Shown one piece after another: positions 39,303 to 49,529 of a DNA stretch of 64,000 nt. The notes under the pieces are model-generated. The model was given only the letters and a program-made list of their open reading frames with translations, made no database searches and was not told the DNA's origin. The DNA comes from a bacterium (lineage in GTDB: Bacteria; Zhuqueibacterota; Zhuqueibacteria; Oceanimicrobiales; Oceanimicrobiaceae): assembly GCA_046757025.1 (NCBI GenBank), contig JBHHXN010000007.1, positions 1 to 64,000 of the forward strand, written 5' to 3'. The position numbers and the translations under genes were made by a program. The number at the start of each line of letters is the position of its first letter. Position 1 is the first letter of the stretch.

Positions 39303-42002
39303 CTACAACGGTCGGAAAATCGAAGAAGAGCCGCCGCGTTGTTCAAACTTGATATCGCGCAAATGAGGGGCCTTGATGCCGATTCGGAAGTAAAAGCCCT
39401 TGCTGAATCCCGAAGGCGTCCAATTGAACTGCGCCTCCCAGCAATGCAAATCGCGATAAAAGGAAATGCGCTGATCCACCACTTCTTCTTTTTCAAAATT
39501 ATAGCGAATGCGGTAGCCAATGCGCCAGTTCTTCGTCAATTGCACTTCGACATTTGAAAGATCGATGTAGGCATTACGAGAGGGATTGGCCGGATTAAAT
39601 TTATTTACGCTGTACGAAAACGATAGCGTGGCTCGCCAGGGGATGTCAAATGCCGAAAACGCGCTTTCCGGCCCGAAGCGGTCCTCGCCGCCCGTACCAA
39701 AGGGGCGCTGCGATTCCGGCACCACTTGTATGGGTACATTGGGCAAGTTTTGCTCGCCGGAGCCCGGCGAACCGCTCGGGTTCTGTGGTGTTGAACTTTT
39801 TTGTTTACCGCTCAGGGTCCATCGCGAAGTCAGATTAAATTGTGTCAATCTCAAAAAATTGAACAGACCACGGGTTTCAAATAAAAGCTTGTCCACACGC
39901 TGATTTATCTCGCGGTCGAATTCGTAAAAACTGTGCGACATGCTCATGGTCACACTTAAATTCTTTTTGGGATTGGCTTGAAATCGGGTTGACAGATCCT
40001 GCCATTTAAAACTCTTTGCCGCAAAATTGTAACCGCTGCTAAAATTGAGGGTAAACAAATCGATTTTCTTTTCTTTTTGACCTTCGCCCCATTTCATCTG
40101 AAAAAGATTGGAGAGACTGAAACTCAAGCGGTTTTGCTCGATGGCCGGCGTGGCGCGCGCGCCCAAACCTTGAAAGCGATCTTTTTTTACCGGCTTGCCT
40201 GTAGAATCGTTGACCATTTCATAATAACTCCACAACGAGGACGAAAAGTCGGGCTGGTAAATAAACGAAAGCGAAGGCGTCATCACATGCCGTAACGCTT
40301 TCATGGGCCCGATACCGGTATTGAATGTCCCGTACAACTTGGTGCTAGTGGAGGCGGAATATTGAAACAAGTGCCGGGCTGCAAAGCCGCTTTTGTCTGA
40401 AGTTTTAATGGTCTTGGTGGTGGAATCAAAGCTAAAAGTTTTGGTCTTGGCAAACCAATCTTCATCGTAAGTGACCGACTGGTTGAACGTGAGCCAGCCA
40501 AATATTTTATTGGGATTGGTAAAAGTCAATCTGAAATCGTGCTCAGCTCGCCTTACTACTTCCGGGTCATCATCCTCTGAGCTGGTTTTGCTCACCGAAT
40601 TTAACAGCAGCCCTTTGTAGTCATATCGAATATAGTTAAACCATTTTGGTTTTGCTTTGGTGCGGGCTGTTTTATCTTCTCGAACCGGAATGATGGCGCT
40701 CTGGCTGCGAATAAATTGCGCCTGGGGAAACGTCACAAAATTGGAGCCGGTATCCAGATCTTTGGTTTGAGAAAGATTCAAAGTGAGACTATTTTTTCCT
40801 TCCCCCCATCTTTTTGAGAAAGTCGCATTTGAGACGATTTGCCGGCTCAATCGCTGGCTGCGGTTAGTGCTGAACTCCCGGTAAAAACTGTTGTTGCTCA
40901 CAAAACTTGCGTTGACCGAGAAACGCGTGTTCTCGTCGACGGTTTGAGAATGCCGCACTCTCAAATCCCATCGGCGCTGCTTGGAGCCATCGGGGAAATT
41001 TTTACGTGTAAACGAGCCCGAAACCGAGCCAGTAAATTTATAGCGCAAAGCATAATTGGTCGAAGTTTTAAACAGGATGCCGGTCCGTTCAAAAAAAGAC
41101 AGGGTGAATCGCGCATCAAAATAATCGTTGGCAGCCCAGTAGTACCCCAGGTCCTGGAGGTAGCGGCCTTCCACTGGGCTGGTTCCAAATTGCGGCAAAA
41201 TCAGACCCGATTGGCGGCCATCTTCCTGCGACGGAAAAAAGGCAAACGGCAGGATCGCCAGCGGAATTTTGCCGATGAAAAAAATCACCGGTTTTGCAAT
41301 GACTTTATCTTCGGAGATGATCTTCATTTTTTTGCCTAAAAAATGAAAGTGGGGCTCTTCATTTTCGCAGGTGGAATAGACGCCATTCTTGATGTTGATT
41401 TCATCCGGGGAAATGCGTTTCACCGCTTCACCAACATAGTAGCCGCCCTGAAATTCCGTACGCCCGCGAATGATGCGACCGCGCTCGGTTTTAAAATTGA
41501 ACTCCATTTTATCTCCCACCATTTTCTCTTTGCCATCTGTAAAAACCGGCAAGCCTGCTTTGTTGCCTTTGGATGAATCCGATACCGCCAGGGAGCCTCG
41601 GAGACTATCGGGCAGACTTTCGGCTACGATGGTGTTGTCGTTCCAGCGTATCGTGATGCGGGCGGCAGTGATCTTCATATTTTTGTATTTGATGGTGGCG
41701 TCGCCGATCAAATAAGTTAGGCCGTCCTTTTTGTAGCTGTCAATGACGCGCGCGGAATAAACCACCGACGAGTCCAGGCCGACTTGGCTAATTTTAATGT
41801 GGCTTTTTTGAGTCGTATCGTTTTTTGAATTTGCAAATCCTTGGTCCGATGGTTTCTTAAATGTATCTGATTTGACTTTGCTGCTATCGGTCAAGGCCGA
41901 TTTCACAGCCGAGCTGTCGGGCAATGACTTTTCCTGAGCAAGGAGTATGGCAGGCAGGAGCAGAAAAGCAGCTAAAATGATCATTCGAAACAACTTATTC
42001 AT
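39303..42002 (-). CDS. lptD: LPS-assembly outer-membrane protein LptD (FCB-type)
   Basis: Signal peptide, OstA-like N-terminus, YSTCE..PHF, SGLILP, RDLHCWE, beta-barrel character. Confidence 0.85.
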   Translation of the reverse strand: MNKLFRMIILAAFLLLPAILLAQEKSLPDSSAVKSALTDSSKVKSDTFKKPSDQGFANSKNDTTQKSHIKISQVGLDSSVVYSARVIDSYKKDGLTYLIGDATIKYKNMKITAARITIRWNDNTIVAESLPDSLRGSLAVSDSSKGNKAGLPVFTDGKEKMVGDKMEFNFKTERGRIIRGRTEFQGGYYVGEAVKRISPDEINIKNGVYSTCENEEPHFHFLGKKMKIISEDKVIAKPVIFFIGKIPLAILPFAFFPSQEDGRQSGLILPQFGTSPVEGRYLQDLGYYWAANDYFDARFTLSFFERTGILFKTSTNYALRYKFTGSVSGSFTRKNFPDGSKQRRWDLRVRHSQTVDENTRFSVNASFVSNNSFYREFSTNRSQRLSRQIVSNATFSKRWGEGKNSLTLNLSQTKDLDTGSNFVTFPQAQFIRSQSAIIPVREDKTARTKAKPKWFNYIRYDYKGLLLNSVSKTSSEDDDPEVVRRAEHDFRLTFTNPNKIFGWLTFNQSVTYDEDWFAKTKTFSFDSTTKTIKTSDKSGFAARHLFQYSASTSTKLYGTFNTGIGPMKALRHVMTPSLSFIYQPDFSSSLWSYYEMVNDSTGKPVKKDRFQGLGARATPAIEQNRLSFSLSNLFQMKWGEGQKEKKIDLFTLNFSSGYNFAAKSFKWQDLSTRFQANPKKNLSVTMSMSHSFYEFDREINQRVDKLLFETRGLFNFLRLTQFNLTSRWTLSGKQKSSTPQNPSGSPGSGEQNLPNVPIQVVPESQRPFGTGGEDRFGPESAFSAFDIPWRATLSFSYSVNKFNPANPSRNAYIDLSNVEVQLTKNWRIGYRIRYNFEKEEVVDQRISFYRDLHCWEAQFNWTPSGFSKGFYFRIGIKAPHLRDIKFEQRGGSSSIFRPL

Positions 42003-42114
42003 TTAGAGGACTCGTGCGATAAAAAGCGGGTAAATTCGGCAGTTGGTCGTAACGGTATTTGTATAACCTGTTTAGAACCAATTTGTTCCGTCTTAGATGC
42101 AAAACGCATAAAGG

Positions 42115-43467
42115 TTAAGATTCTTTTTCGGGCTTCTTATTTTCCTGCCACAGATATTTTTGCCAGAGCCGAAAAAGTCTCTCACGGATCGACTTCTCCG
42201 CACCCATCTCAGACGGCCAGTAGAAAATTTGGTCCTGCAGTTCTTCGGGCAAATAATTTTGCTGCACAAAATGTTCGTCATAGTCGTGTGGATATCGATA
42301 ACCGTCGGCATAACCGGCGTCTTGCATGAGTTTGGTGGGAGCGTTTCTCAAATGCAGGGGGACCGCTGCCAGCGGCGATTGGTGCACGCTTTTCTGTGCC
42401 GCTGCGATGGCTTTATACGATGCGTTGCTTTTGGGCGCAGAGGCTAAATAGGTGGTGGCCTGCGCCAACACCAGTCTGCCTTCAGGCATTCCGATATAGG
42501 TGACGGCAGTAAACGCGGCTGTGGCCAGCACCAGCGCTTGCGGATCGGCGTTACCGATGTCTTCCGAGGCTAAAATGATCAAACGCCGCGCGATAAATCT
42601 GGGCTCCTCGCCGGCTTCGAGCATGCGGGCAAGCCAGTACAAAGCGGCATTGGGATCGGAACCGCGTACGCTTTTGATGAAAGCTGAAATCGTGTCGAAA
42701 TGCAGATCTCCCTGTTTGTCGTAAGGCATGGATTTGCGCTGCAGGGCTTCGTTGATCAATTTGTCATCGATGACTATCTGACCCTGCTTATTTGGAGCCG
42801 CCAATTTCACCGCCAATTCCAACGCATTCAAAGCCACACGAGCATCGCCGCCTGAAAAATTAACCAACGGTTGTTTTGCATTTTCGGTGAGCACCAGATT
42901 CTCTTGTGTTAGAAAATCATCCGTGCTCAGTGCGCGCTCGACCACCCTGGCTATCTCTTCGCTCGACAGCGGATGAAGCTGGACAACCCGGCTGCGGGAT
43001 AGCAGCGGGGCGATCACTTCAAATGAGGGATTTTCCGTGGTGGCGCCCATCAAAACAACCGTGCCGTCTTCCACGCTGTGCAGCAGGGCGTCCTGCTGGG
43101 CTTTGTTAAAGCGATGGATCTCATCGATAAACAAAATCGTGTTTTTTGCCAATTGGCGATTGGCCCGGGCTTTCTCGATGACTTTTCGAAGATCCGCTAC
43201 ACCCGCTGTGACCGCACTCATGGAATAAAAATCCGATTTCGTTTCGGCCGCGATGATGCGCGCCAGCGTGGTTTTACCCACGCCGGGAGGCCCCCAGAAA
43301 ATCATGGAAATCAGCTCCTGGTTTGCCAGCGCCTGCCGCAGAATTTTTCCCTCACCCACTAGATGTTCCTGCCCAACAAAATCTGCAAGCGATTTTGGCC
43401 GCTGGCGCTCCGCCAGTGGCGTGGACTGTGAAATGGTTTTGCGAGCTTCCTGGTCGAAGAGTTGCAT
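42115..43467 (-). CDS. rarA: Replication-associated recombination protein A
   Basis: PLAERQRP, WGPPGVGKTT, DEIHRFNKAQQD, ISAFIKSVRGSD, ASEDIGNADP. Confidence 0.96.
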   Translation of the reverse strand: MQLFDQEARKTISQSTPLAERQRPKSLADFVGQEHLVGEGKILRQALANQELISMIFWGPPGVGKTTLARIIAAETKSDFYSMSAVTAGVADLRKVIEKARANRQLAKNTILFIDEIHRFNKAQQDALLHSVEDGTVVLMGATTENPSFEVIAPLLSRSRVVQLHPLSSEEIARVVERALSTDDFLTQENLVLTENAKQPLVNFSGGDARVALNALELAVKLAAPNKQGQIVIDDKLINEALQRKSMPYDKQGDLHFDTISAFIKSVRGSDPNAALYWLARMLEAGEEPRFIARRLIILASEDIGNADPQALVLATAAFTAVTYIGMPEGRLVLAQATTYLASAPKSNASYKAIAAAQKSVHQSPLAAVPLHLRNAPTKLMQDAGYADGYRYPHDYDEHFVQQNYLPEELQDQIFYWPSEMGAEKSIRERLFRLWQKYLWQENKKPEKES

Positions 43468-43473
43468 GATGTT

Positions 43474-43651
43474 TTATTGCTTAAATTTGATTTTGGGCTT
43501 GTAAGGCAAATTAAGTTGTTTAATCTCATTCTCAAGCTGGATAAATTCAGGATCCTTATGAATCAGAATTGCCTTTTTTATTTTTGCCAGCCTAGCTATA
43601 CAACAAAATGTAAGCTAAAATAGCTGAAGTATCCAGGACGTATTTCTTCAT
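43474..43651 (-). pseudogene. vapC: VapC/PIN toxin pseudogene with internal deletion and frameshift
   Basis: ATG overlapping the antitoxin stop gives MKKYVLDTSAILAY then a stop; another frame carries LAKIKKAILIHKDPEF..LPYK; middle of the PIN domain is missing. Confidence 0.8.
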
Positions 43652-43875
43652 TGAAGCTTATCTTTTTCCCGCTCTTGTAAAAGAATATCTACAAGATTGC
43701 CATTTCCTGATCCTCTAAGTTTTCTCATGGCTTCCAATGCTTTTTGCCGCTTCACAGCTTTTTGTGTCACATCGTTATCTTCAATAGTTAAAGTCACCTT
43801 AGTATCTTTGGGTAAATGCAATGATTGTATTATTTTTTCTAATTCAGACAAAGGGATATGTTCAATCCTTGGCAT
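43648..43875 (-). CDS. Putative antitoxin (VapB-like)
   Basis: 75 aa, ends KLRGSG...LLQEREKD, ATGA overlap with the PIN remnant. Confidence 0.7.
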   Translation of the reverse strand: MPRIEHIPLSELEKIIQSLHLPKDTKVTLTIEDNDVTQKAVKRQKALEAMRKLRGSGNGNLVDILLQEREKDKLQ

Positions 43876-44015
43876 AAAAGGTTTCTCCTACCAATTATTT
43901 CTACTAATAATTCAAATTCGATACAAAAAATGTAGAATTCTCTAAGCTAAATAACGTTAAGGGAATTATGACCAAAAGCCGAAATTTCAGGTGAAGAGAA
44001 AAACCAATCTGCAAC

Positions 44016-45686
44016 TCAATCGACCCTATTCGGATCATTCCAGAAAAATTGGGTGAGACCGCTGTCGGTGCCGAACCAGATATAATCGCCATCCAACAAA
44101 ATGGCATTGACGCGATTGTCGAGTAAGCCGTCCTCTGTATCAAAAGTGCGCCACGCTTTGCTGCGCCGCTCGTACTTCAAAATACCCTGATTGGTGGCCG
44201 CCCAGACAGCTTCCTTGGTGGCCAAAATTTTATTGATGACTTTGTTCGGGAAAAAGCGCCCCTCCGGAACCCCGCGCCAGGTTTTGTTTGCCAGGTCATA
44301 CACATCGATGCCCTGGTCGCTGCCAAACCAAATTTCATTTTCATATCGAGACAAGGTGGTTACCCGTCGATTCACCGGGCCACCCACCTCCGCATTAAAT
44401 CCGCCTTCTTTCTTTTTCGTGTCGTAAACATAAATACCCTGGCTGGTGGCAGCCCACAGCAGGTTCGCAATCCGCTCCAGCTCGTAAACTTCGACGATGG
44501 TCAAATTTCCCGGATTGATCTTTTCGACATTCAAGCTGTCTTTGCGGGTTAAATTGCGTTTCAAAATTCGGTCGATGCCATTGGCTGTGGCAACCCAGAT
44601 TGTAGAATCGTCCACTTCGATATCAAAAACGAGATTGTCAGACAATCCGTCGAAATTGTTCAGGGTCTTCCAACTTCTTTCTCTGGGAGAATAATAGCTC
44701 AATCCATAACCAGTAGCAAACCAGAGAAATTTACCATCGGAGGTGATAGAGTAAATTTTATCGCTCAACAGCGCCGACACGTCGCGTTGTTCGTAATAAT
44801 CCCAGGTAGAACGATTCATGTCCCAGGCGGTAATGCCGGTGACCGAGCCGAAATTTTCATTTCCTCCTAACCAGAGCACGCCCTCGTGAAAGGTCATGGC
44901 GTTCACCGAAGCGTTCAGCAAGCCAAAATTCAACATTTCCAGACGCAGACTGTGCACATCTCCCCGGCCTGCTCCAAGCCCGTTGGTGCCGATCCAGAGA
45001 TTTCCCCAATCGTCCTTGAAGGAAACCTGAATTTCGGCGCTTCGAAAATGGAAGTCTTCCACAAAACCACTGGGATCAAACAGGTAACCGTTGGACATAA
45101 AAAAGTGCTGAAAATTATCGTTTTTTGAACGAGCGAACGAAATGCCGTTTCTAGCATTTAGAATGACTCCGCCATATATATTGGTTTCAAACACTCGACC
45201 GTTCACACTCTTAAAATAAACGGCATTTTTCGTTATTTTGATCAGCTCGATGTCATCAAATACCGGCAAACCGAATTCGTCCTTGAAAAAATTGCTCCAG
45301 CGCTCCGCCGTGGGGTGGTAGTAGCTGATGGCCGTACGGGAAGCGCACCATAAAAATCCGGTACTAAAATCAAACGCCACTGCGGTGATTTCGTTGTCTG
45401 CCAGACCGTTGCTGGTGGTGTACGGATAATCCCAGCGATTTTGAAATTTGTTGTAGCGGGTGATGCCGGCGTGCCGGGTTCCAAAAAATATGTGTTCATC
45501 GCCTTCAGCAATGGAGGTGATGTAGCGGGCAACCGAATAACTAATCCAGTCTCCCTGCTGGTAATTGGGATTGCTGCCCGCATTTCTGTGATACGAAGCT
45601 TGCGCCAGCAAACCCACAAACCCTGAAATCACCAGGCCCAGAGTGAAAACAAACGCGGCAACCATCATTTGCGAGTTCTTACTCAT
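44016..45686 (-). CDS. Secreted beta-propeller protein (two-component regulator propeller-like repeats)
   Basis: Signal peptide; repeated GL.DN.V..I..D...IW..T..G motifs; no kinase domain. Confidence 0.8.
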   Translation of the reverse strand: MSKNSQMMVAAFVFTLGLVISGFVGLLAQASYHRNAGSNPNYQQGDWISYSVARYITSIAEGDEHIFFGTRHAGITRYNKFQNRWDYPYTTSNGLADNEITAVAFDFSTGFLWCASRTAISYYHPTAERWSNFFKDEFGLPVFDDIELIKITKNAVYFKSVNGRVFETNIYGGVILNARNGISFARSKNDNFQHFFMSNGYLFDPSGFVEDFHFRSAEIQVSFKDDWGNLWIGTNGLGAGRGDVHSLRLEMLNFGLLNASVNAMTFHEGVLWLGGNENFGSVTGITAWDMNRSTWDYYEQRDVSALLSDKIYSITSDGKFLWFATGYGLSYYSPRERSWKTLNNFDGLSDNLVFDIEVDDSTIWVATANGIDRILKRNLTRKDSLNVEKINPGNLTIVEVYELERIANLLWAATSQGIYVYDTKKKEGGFNAEVGGPVNRRVTTLSRYENEIWFGSDQGIDVYDLANKTWRGVPEGRFFPNKVINKILATKEAVWAATNQGILKYERRSKAWRTFDTEDGLLDNRVNAILLDGDYIWFGTDSGLTQFFWNDPNRVD

Positions 45687-46983
45687 CTTCGTCTCCTGTC
45701 ATGCCGTCGTCGTTTTGCGATTGCGCGCTCAACAGTCGTGCAATTTTGTGTGATTTATCCTGACTGGTGCGCAATTTCAACTGAACACCGTGCTTATCGT
45801 ATTTCGAGTCTAGCACTTCGGACAATTCATATATTTTCGAAATCAGCTCGGAACAGTTGAGAGCCAGGGACACAGTCATTTCCACCACAGAGTCGCTGAG
45901 CACCTCGGCAATTTTTTCTTTCAAATCCTGTAAAAAGAGTCCTTTGGTTGCCGACACAAACACCGCCGGTGCATACTCATTTTGCAAGCGCAGCAGCAAA
46001 CCTTTGTGTTCGAGTAAATCGATTTTATTAAACACAAAAATGGTGGGCTTGTTTAAAATGTTCAACTGACTCAGCACCTCTTTCACCACGGTTAAATGTT
46101 CAAATAAATGCGGATGGCTCATGTCCACCACGTGCAGCAACGCGTCCGCTTCCTTGGCCTCTTCCAGGGTGCTCATGAAAGACGCCACCAGATGGTGCGG
46201 CAATTTGCGAATAAAGCCCACCGTGTCGATGAGCAAAACGTCGGTCTTTTTCGAAAGCGTCAGGCGCCGAACCGTGGCGTCTAACGTAGCAAACAACCGA
46301 TTCTCAACAAACACACTTGATTGGGTCAGGGCATTCATGAGCGTCGATTTACCGGCGTTGGTGTAGCCCACCAGCGCGATTTTCATGGGCACTTCGCGGT
46401 TTCTCCGCCGCACTTCGCGCTGATGTTTGATCTTTTGCAGTTCTTTCGTGAGCGTGCTAATGCGCTTGCGAACCAGGCGTCGGTCCACCTCGAGCTGGGT
46501 TTCGCCCGGTCCCCGGGTGCCAATTCCGCCCACCTGCCGTGAAAGATGCGTCCATTGCCGGGTGAGTCGCGGCAAAAGATAGTTCAACTGCGCCAGCTCT
46601 ACCTGAGTTTTCGCCTCCCGCGATTTAGCCCGGCGAGCAAATATATCCAGAATTAAACCGCTGCGATCAAGAATTTTTTTTCCAGACAGTTTTTCAAGAT
46701 TGCGCACCTGTGCGGGGCTGAGGTCATCATCAAAAATCAGTAAATCGACGTCATTATCTTTAGCCCGGTCGGCAATCCACTCGGCCTTGCCCCGGCCAAT
46801 ATAAAAAGCCGGATCAATTTTTTCTTTTTCCTGGATGCATTTTTCGAACACCTCCGCGCCGGCGGTGTCCGCCAGCAACGCCAGTTCCTCTAAATGCTCC
46901 TCGGTTTCCCAGCGCCCCTTGCTGGTTAGGGTTAATCCAATCAACAAAGCGCGCTCTTTTTCAATATTTTTCAATTCATGCAA
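45679..46983 (-). CDS. hflX: GTPase HflX
   Basis: RGPGETQLE, GYTNAGKST, LFATLD, DTVGFI, NKID. Confidence 0.97.
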   Translation of the reverse strand: MHELKNIEKERALLIGLTLTSKGRWETEEHLEELALLADTAGAEVFEKCIQEKEKIDPAFYIGRGKAEWIADRAKDNDVDLLIFDDDLSPAQVRNLEKLSGKKILDRSGLILDIFARRAKSREAKTQVELAQLNYLLPRLTRQWTHLSRQVGGIGTRGPGETQLEVDRRLVRKRISTLTKELQKIKHQREVRRRNREVPMKIALVGYTNAGKSTLMNALTQSSVFVENRLFATLDATVRRLTLSKKTDVLLIDTVGFIRKLPHHLVASFMSTLEEAKEADALLHVVDMSHPHLFEHLTVVKEVLSQLNILNKPTIFVFNKIDLLEHKGLLLRLQNEYAPAVFVSATKGLFLQDLKEKIAEVLSDSVVEMTVSLALNCSELISKIYELSEVLDSKYDKHGVQLKLRTSQDKSHKIARLLSAQSQNDDGMTGDEDE

Positions 46984-47119
46984 AAGGGGGATTTCATCCT
47001 CCAGAAAAGCGATGTTTTGTTTTTTAAGAATAAATTCTTTTTACACCGAACAACAAGTTAAAAATTCCAAATTTTAAAAACAAAATCGCAAACAAACTTC
47101 AAATTCAAATTTCAAAACA

Positions 47120-47262
47120 GGGACTGTTCCAAAAGTCTCGAAATGCAAACAACTTAATACTGCATCCCGAAGTAAACTCGGGAAAGAAGATTACTTTTTA
47201 AACAACTTAGATACCCTTTGGCTCCGCTCTGGGTGAAGAACCACGATTTTTTGCACAGCCCC
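47120..47262. mobile_element. Degenerate MITE
   Basis: GGGACTGTTCCAAAAGTC / GATTTTTTGCACAGCCCC (14/18); internal TCCCGA..TCGGGA hairpin as in the 8491 element; no intact TSD. Confidence 0.5.
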
Positions 47263-47268
47263 AAGGCT

Positions 47269-49359
47269 TTAAACCTCGGCCTTCTCACGAAACAGCAGCA
47301 TTTCCGCCACTAGCAGCAGTAAGGCTGCTGCCGCAAAATATTTCCACAATTCGCGTCCAAAGCGAGACTCTGTCAACATGCCGGCCACATTCTCTTGATT
47401 TTTGATGACCGTCCATTCCACGGGGTGAGTAATCTTCTGTAATTCTTCCGGGTCAAACATGGTAATTTCGGCTTCTGAGGGATCAAAATTGACCGCCCAC
47501 TGCGCCAAACTTTTATCTTTGTGCACGATTTGATAGATGCCCGGCAAATCGGTTTCAACGAATTGCAAAAAATATTGGCCTTTCAAAACTTCGGGTTTGA
47601 TTTTGACTTCGTTGCCGTCGGGCTTAACCATGTTCATATCGGGATTGAATGACTGGCTTTCGGGATTGAACGTGAGCTCTTCGCCGATTAAAAATTCATC
47701 CTTGGTTTCTGCGTCGGTGCCGGCTAAATAACTAACCGAACGGTTGACCAACGGCACAAAGATCCCTCGCAAGGCCAAATCCGACCAGTCATTGACGATT
47801 CCCGAGGTGCTGTACATGATGCGTCCATTTTGAAATGAGGCCTCGAATAAAAACGGCGCCCCGTTGCTAAATTCCATGATCGTGTTGATGGACTTTTCGG
47901 CTTTCAGACTGACGGCGAATCGAAAATGCGGCGACACGACGTTTTTTTCATCTTCAAATACATCTTTAAAAATGGGGTGGCTGAAATCAATTTTGCCCAA
48001 TGAAAGAAATTGATTTTCATTCTCACTGGTAATCGATTCGGCCAGCAACGGTAAATTTAACTTTTTATGCAAATTTTCATTATAATTGCGCAGATCCACA
48101 TCGGCTCCTAAAAAGACCAGCAAGCCGCCGCCGTCTGCCACGAACTTTTGCAGTTTCGAGGCCTCCACATAATCTAACCTGGCCACATTGGATAAAATGA
48201 TCATTTTATACGCATCTAAACTTTCCTGGCTTAGCTGGGGGGTTAAAATCGATTTGGCTTTGATGTAACTGGTCAAATCGTCGTCCGGACTTAACGCCAG
48301 CCTTAAAAAATATGTGTCGGATTCATGGTTGCCTACCATGAGCACCGGAATTTCATCCGGAATGTTAAAGGTGAAATACCGCCGGTTGTCCATCACCAGA
48401 CCATCGTCTTCCAGGAGTACAAATCCGGATTGCCGGCCGGTGCGGTCGGGTACCAGCCGAAAAACCACTTTGGTGGAAGCGTTCGCCTCCAGGTCGATGG
48501 CATTCTGCCCCACTCTTTTACCGTTAACAAATAAATGCACCAGTTTATTCTTCACTGATTGTTGGGAATTATTTTTGATCACTGCATCCACTTCAATGAC
48601 TTTGCCTTTCTCCAATATCTGATTGCCGATTCGTACGTTAGTAATAGTTAGATTTTCGGCGCGGGAGCTGGAAACCGGCAGCAGGAATAAATTGACGTCT
48701 TCACCGAACCTGGCACCGCCGTCGCTCTCCACCGCTTTTGTTAAGCCATTTTTTTGCAGGTCGCCTATCAGATAAATCTCTTTGTTGATGTTTTTCGAAC
48801 CGCTCATGATGGCAAACGCCAGACTGAGTGTGCCGATATAATCCGTCGCGGTGTAGGCAAGCTCGGTATTTTCGATGAGCTCTTTCATGGAGTCTAAATT
48901 ATATTTGGCACCGTCATGGGCAAAAACCGGCGGCGCGCCTGGATAAAGTAGATATAATTCATCGCCCGGCCGCATCAGATTCACGATTTCCAGCGCGCGT
49001 TTTTTGGCCACTTCTAACAGCATCCGCCCCTCGTGTTCCAGACCCATACTCAGAGTATTGTCCAGTATTATCACCGCGGTAAGCTGCGCACCGGATTCCA
49101 GAGACGCGCTCGGTGCATTTTTGAGTGCCGGACGCGAAAAGGCCAAAATCAGCATCAAAATCAACAACGCCCTGAGAATCAACAATAAAATCTGGCGAAT
49201 CTTTAAACGACGGATCTTTTGCTTTTGCAGCTCCTTGAGAAATCGCAGGCTGCTAAAATTTACAATTTTGATTTTTTGACGGGTGAAAAGGTGAATGAGT
49301 ATGGGAATGGCAACGGCCAACACACCGATCAAAACAGCCGAGTTTAAAAATGTAAGCAT
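47269..49359 (-). CDS. BatA N-terminal / vWA domain membrane protein
   Basis: PILIHLF..FSSLRFL, LAFSRP, vWA DNTLSM, DNRRYF, C-terminal TM. Confidence 0.85.
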   Translation of the reverse strand: MLTFLNSAVLIGVLAVAIPILIHLFTRQKIKIVNFSSLRFLKELQKQKIRRLKIRQILLLILRALLILMLILAFSRPALKNAPSASLESGAQLTAVIILDNTLSMGLEHEGRMLLEVAKKRALEIVNLMRPGDELYLLYPGAPPVFAHDGAKYNLDSMKELIENTELAYTATDYIGTLSLAFAIMSGSKNINKEIYLIGDLQKNGLTKAVESDGGARFGEDVNLFLLPVSSSRAENLTITNVRIGNQILEKGKVIEVDAVIKNNSQQSVKNKLVHLFVNGKRVGQNAIDLEANASTKVVFRLVPDRTGRQSGFVLLEDDGLVMDNRRYFTFNIPDEIPVLMVGNHESDTYFLRLALSPDDDLTSYIKAKSILTPQLSQESLDAYKMIILSNVARLDYVEASKLQKFVADGGGLLVFLGADVDLRNYNENLHKKLNLPLLAESITSENENQFLSLGKIDFSHPIFKDVFEDEKNVVSPHFRFAVSLKAEKSINTIMEFSNGAPFLFEASFQNGRIMYSTSGIVNDWSDLALRGIFVPLVNRSVSYLAGTDAETKDEFLIGEELTFNPESQSFNPDMNMVKPDGNEVKIKPEVLKGQYFLQFVETDLPGIYQIVHKDKSLAQWAVNFDPSEAEITMFDPEELQKITHPVEWTVIKNQENVAGMLTESRFGRELWKYFAAAALLLLVAEMLLFREKAEV

Positions 49360-49529
49360 GTACAGTCCAATTGCGGAATCAAATAAAATATGGCTTAAAT
49401 GGTACTACTTTTAAGCTAGACTTAGAGCTTTTCATCAAATATTATACTTTGTACATTTTTTGTAAGTTTCAAAGCAATAGGAAGTTAGAGACAACCAACT
49501 GTTTTTTGAAAAAAACACCCATTCGGCAG

